Source: Armatimonadota bacterium (GTDB taxonomy: Bacteria; Armatimonadota; UBA5829; DSUL01). From it: DNA of 64,000 nucleotides. Made by a program: the position numbers and the translations under genes. Under the pieces are notes generated by a model that worked only from the letters and a program-made list of their open reading frames with translations, searched no databases and had not been told where the DNA came from. Each line of letters opens with the position of its first letter. The stretch's first letter is position 1. The stretch covers positions 416,001 to 480,000 of the forward strand of contig JBDHZC010000001.1 of assembly GCA_039811685.1 (NCBI GenBank), read 5' to 3'. This document shows, one piece after another, positions 47,956 through 58,034 of this stretch.

Positions 47956-49242
47956 TTATGCGAGGCCGACGTACGTGCGCCAGCGACAGATCCGGTCAGT
48001 CAAATCTTTCACAATCTCCGGATATTGTCCAGCTAAGTTTATTTTTTCGCTTGGATCTTCCACTATATTGGACAGATGCACGGCGTCGGCGCTTTGACGG
48101 TCAAAGTCCAGCAGGCCGTTCAGAACAAGCTTCCACGGACCCTGCCGGGCGGCAAACTGTCCGTGATACTCCCAGAAGAGCGTATCGTGAGGCGAGGACG
48201 CATCGGAGGTAAGGACACCCATTAGGCTGCGCCCATCCACATCAGGAACAGAGCCTCCAGCCGCCTCGATACAGGTCGGAAAAACATCCATCATCGCGCA
48301 GACCTCTTCGCTCAGACGCCCCAGCGGAATGCGGGAAGGCCAGGAGAATATGGCTGGCATATGAATGCCTCCGTCGAATAGGCTGGCCTTACACCCTTTG
48401 TAGATTCCGGCGCTGCTGCCCGTAAAGGCTTCAGTGCTTCCGTCCATCCAATTGAAGAACTCGTTGCTCGGGCCGTTATCGCTCGAGAAGAAGAGCAGTG
48501 TGTTCTCCAGCTCCGCCTTTTCACGCAACGCCTCTACAACCGCGCCAACGCCGTCATCTACCGCCGAAATCATCGCTGCCATTATCCGTTCGGCCGGTGG
48601 GACGTTCTTGAAGCGATCCAGATACTTTGCGGGCGCGTGCAGCGGCCAGTGGGGCGCGTTGTAGGCCAGATACAGGAAAAACGGCGAGGTGGCCGTTCGG
48701 ACAACCTCCACTGCGCGCTCTGTGAGGATGTCCGTCATATATTCGCCGTTGCGCCACACCTCCTTGCCATTCTCGTAGAGATCGTGAATCAGGCGGTGTT
48801 CGTCCCAGTAGAACACATGGGAGAAGTAGTCCAAAGCGCCCGAGCGAAAACCGAAAACGTCGTCAAAGCCGTGAGCCTCCGGCAGACAGTCGGGTCGAGT
48901 TCCGAGATGCCACTTACCAACCAGCGCTGTCTGGTATCCCAGCCTTTTCAGAGCCGTCGCCAGGGTTGTTTGATCACCCATCAGACCTTCTACCGCGCCG
49001 CGCCGCCCACCCAGAATCTCCCGCACACCAGCCTTCTGAGGGTAGCGGCCGGTCATAAGGGAGGCCCGGCTCGGTGAGCACACAGGTGAGTTGGAGTACC
49101 AGTTCGTGAAGCGCACACCCCTGGCGGCTAAGGCGTCTATGTGCGGCGTCTGGCCGTACTCGGAGCCAGTGCAGCCCAGCTCCCCATATCCCAGATCGTC
49201 GCAGTAGATAACTATGATGTTTGGCTGACCGGAGCGTGCCAT
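47956..49242 (-). CDS. Formylglycine-dependent sulfatase (S1)
   Basis: PNII.I..DDLGYG, CSPSRASLMTGRY, GKWHLG, APHWP, SDNG. Confidence 0.95.
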   Translation of the reverse strand: MARSGQPNIIVIYCDDLGYGELGCTGSEYGQTPHIDALAARGVRFTNWYSNSPVCSPSRASLMTGRYPQKAGVREILGGRRGAVEGLMGDQTTLATALKRLGYQTALVGKWHLGTRPDCLPEAHGFDDVFGFRSGALDYFSHVFYWDEHRLIHDLYENGKEVWRNGEYMTDILTERAVEVVRTATSPFFLYLAYNAPHWPLHAPAKYLDRFKNVPPAERIMAAMISAVDDGVGAVVEALREKAELENTLLFFSSDNGPSNEFFNWMDGSTEAFTGSSAGIYKGCKASLFDGGIHMPAIFSWPSRIPLGRLSEEVCAMMDVFPTCIEAAGGSVPDVDGRSLMGVLTSDASSPHDTLFWEYHGQFAARQGPWKLVLNGLLDFDRQSADAVHLSNIVEDPSEKINLAGQYPEIVKDLTDRICRWRTYVGLA

Positions 49243-49532
49243 CTGTGAGTCATTGTCCTTTCGAGGCGTATCAAGCGCAGTGCGCTCAAGTATAACACGA
49301 ACGCAGAGCGGGCGGGCTCAGAGGCCATTGCGTGAATAGGCAGCGCGAGGGAGAGGGGATCGTCAGATGGACCGGCAAACGCAAGAGGAAGAGTTCACAA
49401 CGCGCCCGCCTGCTTTCAGAAAGATGGAAGGAAACGGGGGCGGTATTCTCCAGCACATGTGCCTGAGCAAACACTGGCGCGCTTGCTCAGGCATGCGCAA
49501 AACAGGTAGGCTTACCAGATGGCTAATCTGGT

Positions 49533-49748
49533 TCAGGAAGCCGATCCGGCGGAGTAGGTCCTCCGCGCCCTGGTTCCGAGGAGCGTTGGATAGTCCGCCT
49601 CCCCGAGAGCCCAGCTGATTCGCTGTGTATGCTCGTTGACTTCGCACACCAGCGCGCACGTTTCCTGGGCGAGATGTCTGGAACTTCTGCTTGTGTTGAG
49701 GATGGCCTCAACAAAGCGCTCGTATTCAATGTCGGCGATGTTCTGCAC
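49533..49748 (-). CDS. Small hypothetical protein, possibly the 5' part of a frameshifted gene
   Basis: AAGGAGG 8 nt before GTG 49748; TATAAT at 49774-49779; no recognised domain. Confidence 0.45.
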   Translation of the reverse strand: MQNIADIEYERFVEAILNTSRSSRHLAQETCALVCEVNEHTQRISWALGEADYPTLLGTRARRTYSAGSAS

Positions 49749-50052
49749 GGCATTACCCTCCTTGGCAGTCGCTATTATACCCTAATCTCGCGAAACTCGC
49801 AGCAATTGATACAAAATGTCGTTTACCCTCGCTGCCACGGGACAGGGCGCCAAAAGCACGCTTCTCACAGCCTCCGCCACAGGGACGCCGCACAACTGGG
49901 GAGGATTTCGCCACTGCGTTGCCAATGAGTATCTGCGTACCCACTCAGAAGAAAGCCAGGAAGCTCAGTTGGCCACCAAACAGAACCAAACCGCCGGCAA
50001 TGGCGGCATCAACAGCGGATTTCAGCAGACCCTCTGGGCCGCCAGATATTCA

Positions 50053-50967
50053 TCACGCTGCGGCATCCAGAGCTTTGTCGAACTGCCAGAAGACACGGGA
50101 GACTTTGGCCCCGGCGACTTTGGAGTAGAAGTAGAGCGGGCCGACACAGTTGATGTGGCAGATCTGGTAGCCCTGTTCCTGCATCGCTTGAAGAGCTTTT
50201 AGAAATACAAGGGACCCAAGGCCGCTGCCACGGGCTTTCTGAGCGGCAGCCATCGGGCCGAACCAGCCTGGGCGAACACCGTCGTAACACGAGAAGGCGA
50301 TGACACTGTCATTCTGCACAGCGACAAACACTCCCGGTGGCGTATGCTCATAAGCCATACGAACCTGATACTGCCAGGCAGCGGGTGTGGCTTCTCTCTT
50401 GAAGAAGGCCAGAAGCCTTTCGACGTCTGTGGCCTCGAGGCGCTTGCAGGTGACCCCCTGGCGCGCCAGATGAGCCTCCATCTGGGAAGTCGACCAGTCT
50501 GAACCAGCAAGCGGGACATCCATGTTGAACACCTCGCCACGCCGGTTGTATCCGCGCCGTAACAGGAAGGCAGCCGCTCGCGTGTAAGACGGATCAACAC
50601 CAGGCGTGACGTAGTCAGGTCTCGTGAATCCGACAGTCATTGTCTTAGCGCCCTGGCGGCGCGCGTTCTCTTCGACAGTTGTCAGCATCGCGCTCGCGAT
50701 TCCCTGATTGCGGAACTCGGGCTTGACAAAGAAGACCTTGATTCCCGCCACAGGGGCCTCCGAACCAGACCTGATTACACTCATCACAAAGCCGACAGGC
50801 GTTCCCTCCCACAGGGCCACCAGAGATGTGGCCGGGTTGAAGTCCGGGTCCCCGAGGGTCTTCTCACGCAGCCATTCCAGAGGCAATGGATCGAGCTCCA
50901 GACACTGGTTGTACAGGACATGGACTTCGGGCAGCAGGTCTTGGTTTAGAGGAACGTAGTTAATCAT
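50053..50967 (-). CDS. Tandem GNAT N-acetyltransferase
   Basis: Two acetyl-CoA motifs (FRNQGIASAML; ARGSGLGSLV). Confidence 0.88.
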   Translation of the reverse strand: MINYVPLNQDLLPEVHVLYNQCLELDPLPLEWLREKTLGDPDFNPATSLVALWEGTPVGFVMSVIRSGSEAPVAGIKVFFVKPEFRNQGIASAMLTTVEENARRQGAKTMTVGFTRPDYVTPGVDPSYTRAAAFLLRRGYNRRGEVFNMDVPLAGSDWSTSQMEAHLARQGVTCKRLEATDVERLLAFFKREATPAAWQYQVRMAYEHTPPGVFVAVQNDSVIAFSCYDGVRPGWFGPMAAAQKARGSGLGSLVFLKALQAMQEQGYQICHINCVGPLYFYSKVAGAKVSRVFWQFDKALDAAA

Positions 50968-51375
50968 CTTTGCAGCTACCAGTGTTTTAGCTTCATCGCT
51001 CGAGCCACACTCATTCCAGCACCAACGAGGCATTGGCCAGCGGCAGACAGCGGGAATGGCTCCGTATGCCGAACGGTGCGAACGCCAGGTTTCCGGCAGG
51101 TACGACAGGCCCCGGTTTCAAGGCTGACTCGTAATTCGCATGCGCCCACAGCACAGACTCCGCGAATGAGGATTCTGGCGTCGCCCTGCTATCTCTTATT
51201 ATCGGTCAAACACACGCAGTTTTCCTGACGCAATTCTAATAGATCACTCGGCCGAACGAATATGCGTGGATTATCTGCGCTCAATACAGGGCCAAGGCAC
51301 GCACCAAACACTTTTCGGGGCGTATCAGGAACACCTGCGGCAATTCTGGCGATATATGCATGCAGAACTTACACT

Positions 51376-52518
51376 ATGACAATCCCTGAAGAAAAAACAC
51401 CGATACCCTCCGACGGCTCGCGCTCTGCCCTTGCCGGAGCGCTTCTCGTAGTTCTGGCCGTGATTGGGACTACCGTACTGCGCGCGGGGGCTCCAGATGC
51501 GAGAGCGACCGCGACAAGAGCCCACACCCGTACCTTCAGCGCGACTCAACCGAGCACCAGCTACCCCTTTGGATCTCAGGTGTTTTCCGACTGGGTACAG
51601 CAGTCCTACGATGAAAATGGAGGAGGAAATCGTGAGGCCTTCTTCTCCTGGTTTGATAAGGCCTGGGGAAAGGCGAATGTGCATCTTGGTAAAAACGTGT
51701 CCGGAACGCCTCTCGGCCAGCTCAAAGCAGCCGGCGATGCGTTGAAGGCAATACCGTCGGTTCGTCGCACGCAAAGTGAGCTAGCGCTCTGTCGAGCCGT
51801 GCACCGCGCCGTCAAAACTACCATTCCGCTGTTCAGTCTGGAAAGAGGATTTGAGTTCTCAAACGTCCCGACAGAGTATCAGCGGCAATGTTTTCTACAG
51901 TCTGTGCTCATCTCAGGCATGCTGCAAAGGGCGGGGCTTGACGCAGGCGTTGTCATGGTCTGGAAAAACCCGGAAGGTCAGACGAGCAACAATGGGCACG
52001 CGGCCTCGCTGGTGAGACTGTCTAACGGAGGCGCGGTGATTGTGGACGCATCCGAAAAGCAGCCTTTCGCCAGACACCAGGGGCTGTATGGGCTGGCGGG
52101 ATATCCCGTCTTTGTCCGCCCGGACTACGCTCCAGGTCAGGACATTATTCGCTCCTACCAGGCTCAGCGTGACGCCCGCCGGCTACCTGTCACTGCCTTT
52201 GCAGGCATGAACAGAGACTTCATCAGTTCGCAGTTCAACTATTACAGAGGGGAGCGCGCTCCTGGCGGCATTCTCTCCTCTGCCCCGACGGCTGCCGGGC
52301 TGACAAAATCTGCGCATTTTCTGCAGAAAGCCGTACGGCAGTGCCCATCGAACTCTCTTGCGGTTTATCTGCTTGGCAGAGTGTACGCCAGGCAAGGCCA
52401 CAGAGATCTGGCAGCTCACTGCTTTGACAAAGCTATGAAAAGCTATGAACGCAGCGGATGGCTTCCAGATGGTCCGCGTCAGGCCGCTCGCACCATTCTG
52501 AAGAGTGCGGGCAGCTAA
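51376..52518 (+). CDS. Membrane-anchored or secreted transglutaminase-like protein with TPR
   Basis: N-terminal TM helix; QC.L.S...GH.A...VD triad-like spacing; C-terminal TPR (AVYLLGRVYARQG). Confidence 0.55.
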   Translation: MTIPEEKTPIPSDGSRSALAGALLVVLAVIGTTVLRAGAPDARATATRAHTRTFSATQPSTSYPFGSQVFSDWVQQSYDENGGGNREAFFSWFDKAWGKANVHLGKNVSGTPLGQLKAAGDALKAIPSVRRTQSELALCRAVHRAVKTTIPLFSLERGFEFSNVPTEYQRQCFLQSVLISGMLQRAGLDAGVVMVWKNPEGQTSNNGHAASLVRLSNGGAVIVDASEKQPFARHQGLYGLAGYPVFVRPDYAPGQDIIRSYQAQRDARRLPVTAFAGMNRDFISSQFNYYRGERAPGGILSSAPTAAGLTKSAHFLQKAVRQCPSNSLAVYLLGRVYARQGHRDLAAHCFDKAMKSYERSGWLPDGPRQAARTILKSAGS

Positions 52519-52521
52519 GCA

Positions 52522-53745
52522 GTGAGCTTCCAGGGCGCAGATTTGCAGGCACTCGCAGAGGCTCAGCAGGCCACCGATACCCTCACCCGTTCGGATGAGC
52601 CAGTTGAGCCCGCCTCCGTAGAAGAAGCTCCCGCACAAGCGGCGCGTGAAGAGCAGTCAACTATGGGCAAGTCACCGCGTCTGATCTCATTGGATGCGTT
52701 CCGCGGTTTCACAATCCTCGGGATGTTGCTTGTCAACAATGTCGGACTCAGCGATCTAACTCCACGACAACTTACACACGCAGACTGGACCGGGCGGGTG
52801 CACTTTGCTGATTTCATCTTTCCCTGGTTTCTTTTCATTGTTGGGGTCGCGCTACCCTGGGCCTCCCTCTCGGCGAAGCGGCGAGGTGTGAGGGGTTGGC
52901 GCTACGCACACAGAGTGGTAAGTCGCACAGCGGTGTTATTTCTCCTGGGGTGCCTTATCCACTCTGCTATCGCGCGCCAGCCCGTGATAGATCTGGGCGT
53001 GCTTCAGCTCATTGGTCTGGCGTACTGTGCAGGCGCATTCCTTCTCGAGCTTCCGTGGGTAATGTGGCTGCCGGTGGCCGCAGGGCTGCTGACGGCGCAC
53101 TGGGCGCTACTCAAGTTCTTGTCCGTTCCGGGGTACGGCGCCGGAACGGTGACGGAGGAAGTGAATGCTGTACGCTATCTGAATGACCGGTTTCTCGCGG
53201 CCTTTCATCTTCGCGGCTTGCTGTCTGTGATCCCGACAACGGCTATGGTCCTGATAGGCGCAAGCGTTGGAAAGTTGCTTGCAGCCCCGGGTCAAGGCCA
53301 TGCAAGAAAAGCAATCCTGACGGCCGTCGCCGGAGTGTTTCTGGCGCTGGCTGGGCTCCTCTGGAGTGTTGACTTGCCAATGAGCAAACCTCTGTGGACA
53401 GCGCCCTATATTCTCTACACAGCCGGATGGGGCGCGGTTATACTGGCGCTGATGTATTGCGCCGTGGATTGGGCAGGCTGGCGGTGGATAGCGTTTCCAT
53501 TCACAGTTGCGGGAGTAAATGCTATTTTCGCTTACGTAGCGCCCATTCTTGTAAAGGTCATGGTGCTGCAGACGTGGAAGTGGCCTCTTGATCCCGCAAT
53601 AACACTGGAGCATGGTCTTCAGAGCCAGTGCGCTGCGGTTGCGGGAGGAATCTGGGGCGCGTGGCTTTATACATTCGGCTACATCGCATGCTGGTGGCTG
53701 ATTCTGTTGTATCTGTATCAAAAAAAGATCTACATTCGCGCCTGA
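52522..53745 (+). CDS. HGSNAT/DUF5009 (NagX-like) membrane acyltransferase
   Basis: RLISLDAFRG, MLLVNN, H..W, AD.IFPWFLFIVG, GVLQ.I, K.LWT. Confidence 0.88.
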   Translation: MSFQGADLQALAEAQQATDTLTRSDEPVEPASVEEAPAQAAREEQSTMGKSPRLISLDAFRGFTILGMLLVNNVGLSDLTPRQLTHADWTGRVHFADFIFPWFLFIVGVALPWASLSAKRRGVRGWRYAHRVVSRTAVLFLLGCLIHSAIARQPVIDLGVLQLIGLAYCAGAFLLELPWVMWLPVAAGLLTAHWALLKFLSVPGYGAGTVTEEVNAVRYLNDRFLAAFHLRGLLSVIPTTAMVLIGASVGKLLAAPGQGHARKAILTAVAGVFLALAGLLWSVDLPMSKPLWTAPYILYTAGWGAVILALMYCAVDWAGWRWIAFPFTVAGVNAIFAYVAPILVKVMVLQTWKWPLDPAITLEHGLQSQCAAVAGGIWGAWLYTFGYIACWWLILLYLYQKKIYIRA

Positions 53746-53769
53746 TCGCTGCGTAACTGAATATCTACA

Positions 53770-54711
53770 GTGAACATTTTGCGCTCATTCTCTATTTTGG
53801 ACAGGCTCCTGGCTGTCTCAGCGTCTATGGCCCTGGCGGTTTCACTTGCGACATCCGCAAACCCGCGCTCCGTATCTGCAACACCGTCCGGAAGCACTCA
53901 AGTGTCCCCAAATAAGCTAACCGGTGTTCAGGCCATGGCCATACTTCGAGCAGATCGAGATCCAGTCTGGCAGCGGGCGCGGGCAGAAGTCTATCGAAGT
54001 GTGGAGGATTTGCTTGCTCAGCAGAGGCTGCAGGTTGGCAACGAGTTGCGCTGCCCCACTATCATGCGTGGAGACACTCGCAAACCGCAGATTGCACTGA
54101 CTTTTGACGATGGGCCTCACCCCGGGTACACATATCAGATTTTGCGCATTCTGCGACAGGAGAACGTCAAGGCGACTTTCTTTGTCGTGGGCGAACAGGC
54201 AGAGCGTTACCCGGACCTGGTGCGCGATCAGATTCGAGGTGAGCACTGCGTCGGAAACCACACTTATCACCACGTCAGTCTGACGAAAATTCCCGAACTG
54301 TATGTCGCTGACGAAATCAAAGCTTGCGGGGATGTCCTGCGCCATATCACTGGCAGAGCTCCGCACCTGTTTCGTCCGCCTGGTGGTGACTACAATGCAA
54401 GGGTCACTGACGCAGCGCGTGCTCTTGGTTACACAATGGTCCTCTGGTCTGACGATCCCGGAGACTACGCCAGTCCCGGCGCATTCAAGATTGCCCAGCG
54501 TACCCTGCGGTGTGCGGGAAATGGCGGGATACTCCTTCTTCACGACGGTATCCAGCAGACAGTAGATATCCTGCCATCACTCATTGACACTCTGCGCAAG
54601 CGCGGGTACGAGTTTGTCACAGTAGATCAGATGCTGGGACGCTCGCGCGGCCGAGTCAACATGCGAACGGACCCGATCCCACCTGCCCCAACAGCGCATC
54701 CCTTTCGGTAG
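53770..54711 (+). CDS. Polysaccharide deacetylase (CE4/NodB)
   Basis: ALTFDDGP, NHTYHH, FRPPGG, LLLHD; signal peptide. Confidence 0.94.
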   Translation: MNILRSFSILDRLLAVSASMALAVSLATSANPRSVSATPSGSTQVSPNKLTGVQAMAILRADRDPVWQRARAEVYRSVEDLLAQQRLQVGNELRCPTIMRGDTRKPQIALTFDDGPHPGYTYQILRILRQENVKATFFVVGEQAERYPDLVRDQIRGEHCVGNHTYHHVSLTKIPELYVADEIKACGDVLRHITGRAPHLFRPPGGDYNARVTDAARALGYTMVLWSDDPGDYASPGAFKIAQRTLRCAGNGGILLLHDGIQQTVDILPSLIDTLRKRGYEFVTVDQMLGRSRGRVNMRTDPIPPAPTAHPFR

Positions 54712-54760
54712 GTAACAGGCAGGAAACTTCGTCAAAAACTGGAAAGCCGCTAACAATAAC

Positions 54761-54790
54761 TACGAAAGTGTATGGCGTAGTACTTTCGTA
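54761..54790. promoter_or_regulatory. Inverted repeat upstream of the corrinoid cluster
   Basis: TACGAAAGT-N12-ACTTTCGTA in an AT-rich intergenic region. Confidence 0.5.
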
Positions 54791-54962
54791 CGGGTTGTAC
54801 ATAGTACTTGTGACTTATATGCACGTTGCCCAGATCAGGAATAAGCTATAGGCCACGGAATAGAATCTTAAGGAATTTTAACGATGGGCGCCGAAACTCC
54901 AATTCGGAACCGGCAGAAGGCCGTCGGCGAACCGGTCTGTGTACCGAAAGGAAGATACTAGT

Positions 54963-55595
54963 ATGGATCTGCAGCCTCTCTACGACTCAGTTCTGATAGG
55001 CGACGCAAAGACAACCAGATCGATTGTTGAACAGGCATTGGCTGAAGGCGTCGGCCCGCAACAACTTCTGGATGATTATATGATTCCTGCTATGGACGAA
55101 GTGGGCCGGCGATTCGAGGCTAACGAGTACTTTGTCCCTGAGCTGTTGATCTCCGCCAGAGCCATGAAGGGAGCGCTGGAGATACTGCGTCCCCTCCTGG
55201 CGGACTCGGGATCACAAACTATTGGAAGGGTGATTGTCGGGACTGTTCGAGGCGACTTGCACGATATCGGCAAGAACCTTGTAGCTGCCATGCTTGAAGG
55301 GGGCGGATTTGAAGTCGTGGACCTGGGCGTGGATGTCCCTCCCGAAAAGTTTATTGAAAGTATTGGCGAGACAAACGCCGACATCATCGCTATGTCTGCG
55401 CTGCTGACAACCACTATGCCGGGAATGAAGACGACCATTGAGGCACTGGAATCCGCTGGGATTCGGAACAATGTCAAAGTTATCATTGGCGGAGCTCCTG
55501 TCACGCAGCGCTACGCAGATGAGATAGGAGCCGACGGCTTCAGCGATAACGCCAGCGCCGCGGTGCGGTTGTGCCGCGACCTCGTGAACGCTTAG
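54963..55595 (+). CDS. Methyltransferase cognate corrinoid protein (MtaC/MttC-like)
   Basis: M..VG.RFE..EYFVPE cap, GDLHDIGKNLV (DxHxxG), SALLTT, IGGAP. Confidence 0.95.
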   Translation: MDLQPLYDSVLIGDAKTTRSIVEQALAEGVGPQQLLDDYMIPAMDEVGRRFEANEYFVPELLISARAMKGALEILRPLLADSGSQTIGRVIVGTVRGDLHDIGKNLVAAMLEGGGFEVVDLGVDVPPEKFIESIGETNADIIAMSALLTTTMPGMKTTIEALESAGIRNNVKVIIGGAPVTQRYADEIGADGFSDNASAAVRLCRDLVNA

Positions 55596-55833
55596 CGACC
55601 GTCGCGGTCGAACAGCCGGGATCGGGAGGACTTCAGAGTTCACAGTTGCCGCGAGTGCCCTTTTCATCTCTGAGCAACCGGTGAAGAAACTGTGCCCCCG
55701 GTCAATTCTGCATTGACGTCAAAGGCAGCAACAGACCGGGCCTTAATGGAAGGCGGTAGAATCCGTAGCTCGCATTTGTGGTTTCTAGAATATCTCAACG
55801 ACGAGAGCTTTTTTCATTCAACGAGGTTTGCCC

Positions 55834-56811
55834 ATGACACCCAGACAGCGACTGATTGCCGCCCTGCGATTCGAACCCGGTGAAGGCTGTGTGCCTCACA
55901 TCGGGATGGACTTTCGCCTTCCGGAAATTGTCTACGGAGAGCAGCCACTTTGCACTGCAGACTATGAAGCACTCCCCCGGCATCTGAGAAGACATAGTCT
56001 TGCGCGGAACGCGGACTTGTGGATACGCATCGCTCGCCGGTTTGGAATGTGCGCGATCACCGGCACACAGTGGCTCCCGGTAGAAGCCCAGCTTGAATCG
56101 TTTCAATTCATTCGCGAGTTAGCCGATGAGACATTCATGGTTGGCGCGTTCGTTGAGGACATGCAGCAGCTTACAACGCCCGGGAGGCTGAGCGCGTTCG
56201 CGCAACGCATAGCGGATGACGAGACCGCATTAGTGGCAGAGCTGGACGCCTCTTGCACGCAGAGTATAGAGAACATTCGCGAACTCGTAGAAGGCGGCGC
56301 CGAGATAATTCTGATGAGTACAATGAATCTCTCTTCTGACGGGTTGCATCTGAGCCGTCAGGACTTCCAGCGCTTCGTACAACCGTACATCAAAAGGCAG
56401 GTAGACGCCGTTCACGAGGCGGGAGCGTATGCGCTCAAGCGAGTGTCCGGCAACGCTGCCCCGGTCGCGGATCTTTTCAGTGAGTGCGGGCTCGATGCGC
56501 TGCACGTGCTTGACCGCGAAACAGTATCTGACGTCAAGGCCACGTGCGCAAGGGCCAACAAACGGCTCTGTCTGGTGACGAATGTTGAGGCGGCTGTATT
56601 GAAACGGGCAGACTCAGGAGAAATCCAGGACGCCGTCCGTTCGTGCCTGGACACCGGACCGACCGACGGAACAGGCTACGTGTTCTCATCCTACGGATGC
56701 CTTGAGCAGCCGGTGCAGCTTTCCAGCTATCTGAAGATGCTGGATGTAAAGGCTTCCTGGGAACAGGAGAGATTGAAGAGCGGCAACAATCAGACTGTAA
56801 CCCTTCAATAA
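55834..56811 (+). CDS. URO-D/MtaA-family protein, degenerate metal site
   Basis: MTPRQR..AAL N-terminus; F.RFV.PY.KR.VDAVH..G; HxC position reads KRVSG. Confidence 0.75.
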   Translation: MTPRQRLIAALRFEPGEGCVPHIGMDFRLPEIVYGEQPLCTADYEALPRHLRRHSLARNADLWIRIARRFGMCAITGTQWLPVEAQLESFQFIRELADETFMVGAFVEDMQQLTTPGRLSAFAQRIADDETALVAELDASCTQSIENIRELVEGGAEIILMSTMNLSSDGLHLSRQDFQRFVQPYIKRQVDAVHEAGAYALKRVSGNAAPVADLFSECGLDALHVLDRETVSDVKATCARANKRLCLVTNVEAAVLKRADSGEIQDAVRSCLDTGPTDGTGYVFSSYGCLEQPVQLSSYLKMLDVKASWEQERLKSGNNQTVTLQ

Positions 56812-58034
56812 TGACAGTATTTCCGCTGCCCACGGACTATCTTCTCTCGTTTCCCTTTGAAGAGCACAATGCGGAAATTCAGGAAATGTGGTCGGCGTTT
56901 CGCGCAGGCAATCCTCTTCGCACCCCTATTATTCTAGGACTCAACGCCCGGTACTTTCTACTGAACCCGAGCCTGAACCAGCGACAGGTGACCTTTCGCC
57001 GCTATAGCGAAAACCCTCACGTCATGTTCGATCTGCAACTCGAATTCCAGCGCTGGAGCAAGTTCAATCTGGTTCAGGACACGGAACTTGGCCTTCCGGA
57101 GAAGTGGAAAGTCTGGGTTGATCTGCAAAACTATTATGATGCGACGTGGCTGGGATGTGAGCTTGAGTATCCAGATGACGAAGTCCCGGACGTTCGTCCG
57201 GCATTTTCAGATTGCCCCGAAAAGCTGATGGAGAGAGGACTTCCGGATCCGTTCGGAGGAACGATGGCGGACGGCCTTCGGTACTGGGAACGCTTCAAAG
57301 AACGCGCAGAGAAGGAAGTTTTTTTTGGTCGGCCAATCGAGGTGGCCGAACCGTCCTTTGGCACTGGCATGGACGGAGTGTTTACGGTCGCTTGTTGCTT
57401 GATTGGACCGGAAACAGTCTGCGAAATGCTTCTGTGTGACACTGAGCGCATTCATCAAATTTTCGGCTTCATTGCGGAAGCGTTAGTGGCCAAAGTCAAA
57501 GCGTGGAGGCAAAAGTGTGATCTCCCCTACCCTGTGGACGGTTTCTCCACAGGCAATGACTGCCTCGCATTGATCTCTGCAAGAACGTACCGCGAGCACA
57601 TACTACCCTACGATCGTCTCATCTATGACACGTTTGCGACAGAGAAAAATCGGACCCTTCATCTGTGCGGCGACGCAGGGCATCTCTTTCAGACGCTGAA
57701 CACAGAGCTTGGTATCACAACCTTCGACACGGGCTTTCCGGTGGACTTTGCGGCTCTCAGGCGAACTCTCGGACCGGAGGTAACCATTCAGGGCGGCCCT
57801 CACATAGAGATGCTGCGATCATCGTCAATGGAAGAGGTGGCAACCGAAACCCGCCGGATACTTGAGAGTGGGGTGTTGGAGGGCGGTAGATTCGTACTGA
57901 GAGAGGGCAACAATCTGGCGCCGCTGACACCGCCGGAAAATGTGGCGGCTATGTATGGCGCTGGTCGCAGGTTTGGATTCTGCCGCGACGGATATCACCG
58001 GTGGAATCCTGTAGATCGAAAGAGGTTGAACTGA
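56811..58034 (+). CDS. URO-D/MtaA-family methyltransferase-like protein
   Basis: D...LIS...YRE.ILPY, LHLCGD, GNN....TPPENV.AMY. Confidence 0.85.
   Translation: MTVFPLPTDYLLSFPFEEHNAEIQEMWSAFRAGNPLRTPIILGLNARYFLLNPSLNQRQVTFRRYSENPHVMFDLQLEFQRWSKFNLVQDTELGLPEKWKVWVDLQNYYDATWLGCELEYPDDEVPDVRPAFSDCPEKLMERGLPDPFGGTMADGLRYWERFKERAEKEVFFGRPIEVAEPSFGTGMDGVFTVACCLIGPETVCEMLLCDTERIHQIFGFIAEALVAKVKAWRQKCDLPYPVDGFSTGNDCLALISARTYREHILPYDRLIYDTFATEKNRTLHLCGDAGHLFQTLNTELGITTFDTGFPVDFAALRRTLGPEVTIQGGPHIEMLRSSSMEEVATETRRILESGVLEGGRFVLREGNNLAPLTPPENVAAMYGAGRRFGFCRDGYHRWNPVDRKRLN

Noticed and set aside
49905..49970. Cobalamin riboswitch 3' half (GCCACTG...AAGCCAGGAA)
   Set aside because: No matching 5' core and no suitable co-oriented downstream gene.
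55593..55675. Pyrrolysine read-through of the corrinoid gene TAG
   Set aside because: The protein is already full length, read-through ends about 25 codons later, and no pyl or mttB genes are seen.
55743..55780. Cobalamin riboswitch (AATGGAA-GCGG-TAGAAT-CCGT)
   Set aside because: Superficial P4-like hairpin only; the downstream CCC..ACTGT, GCCACTG and B12-box elements are absent.
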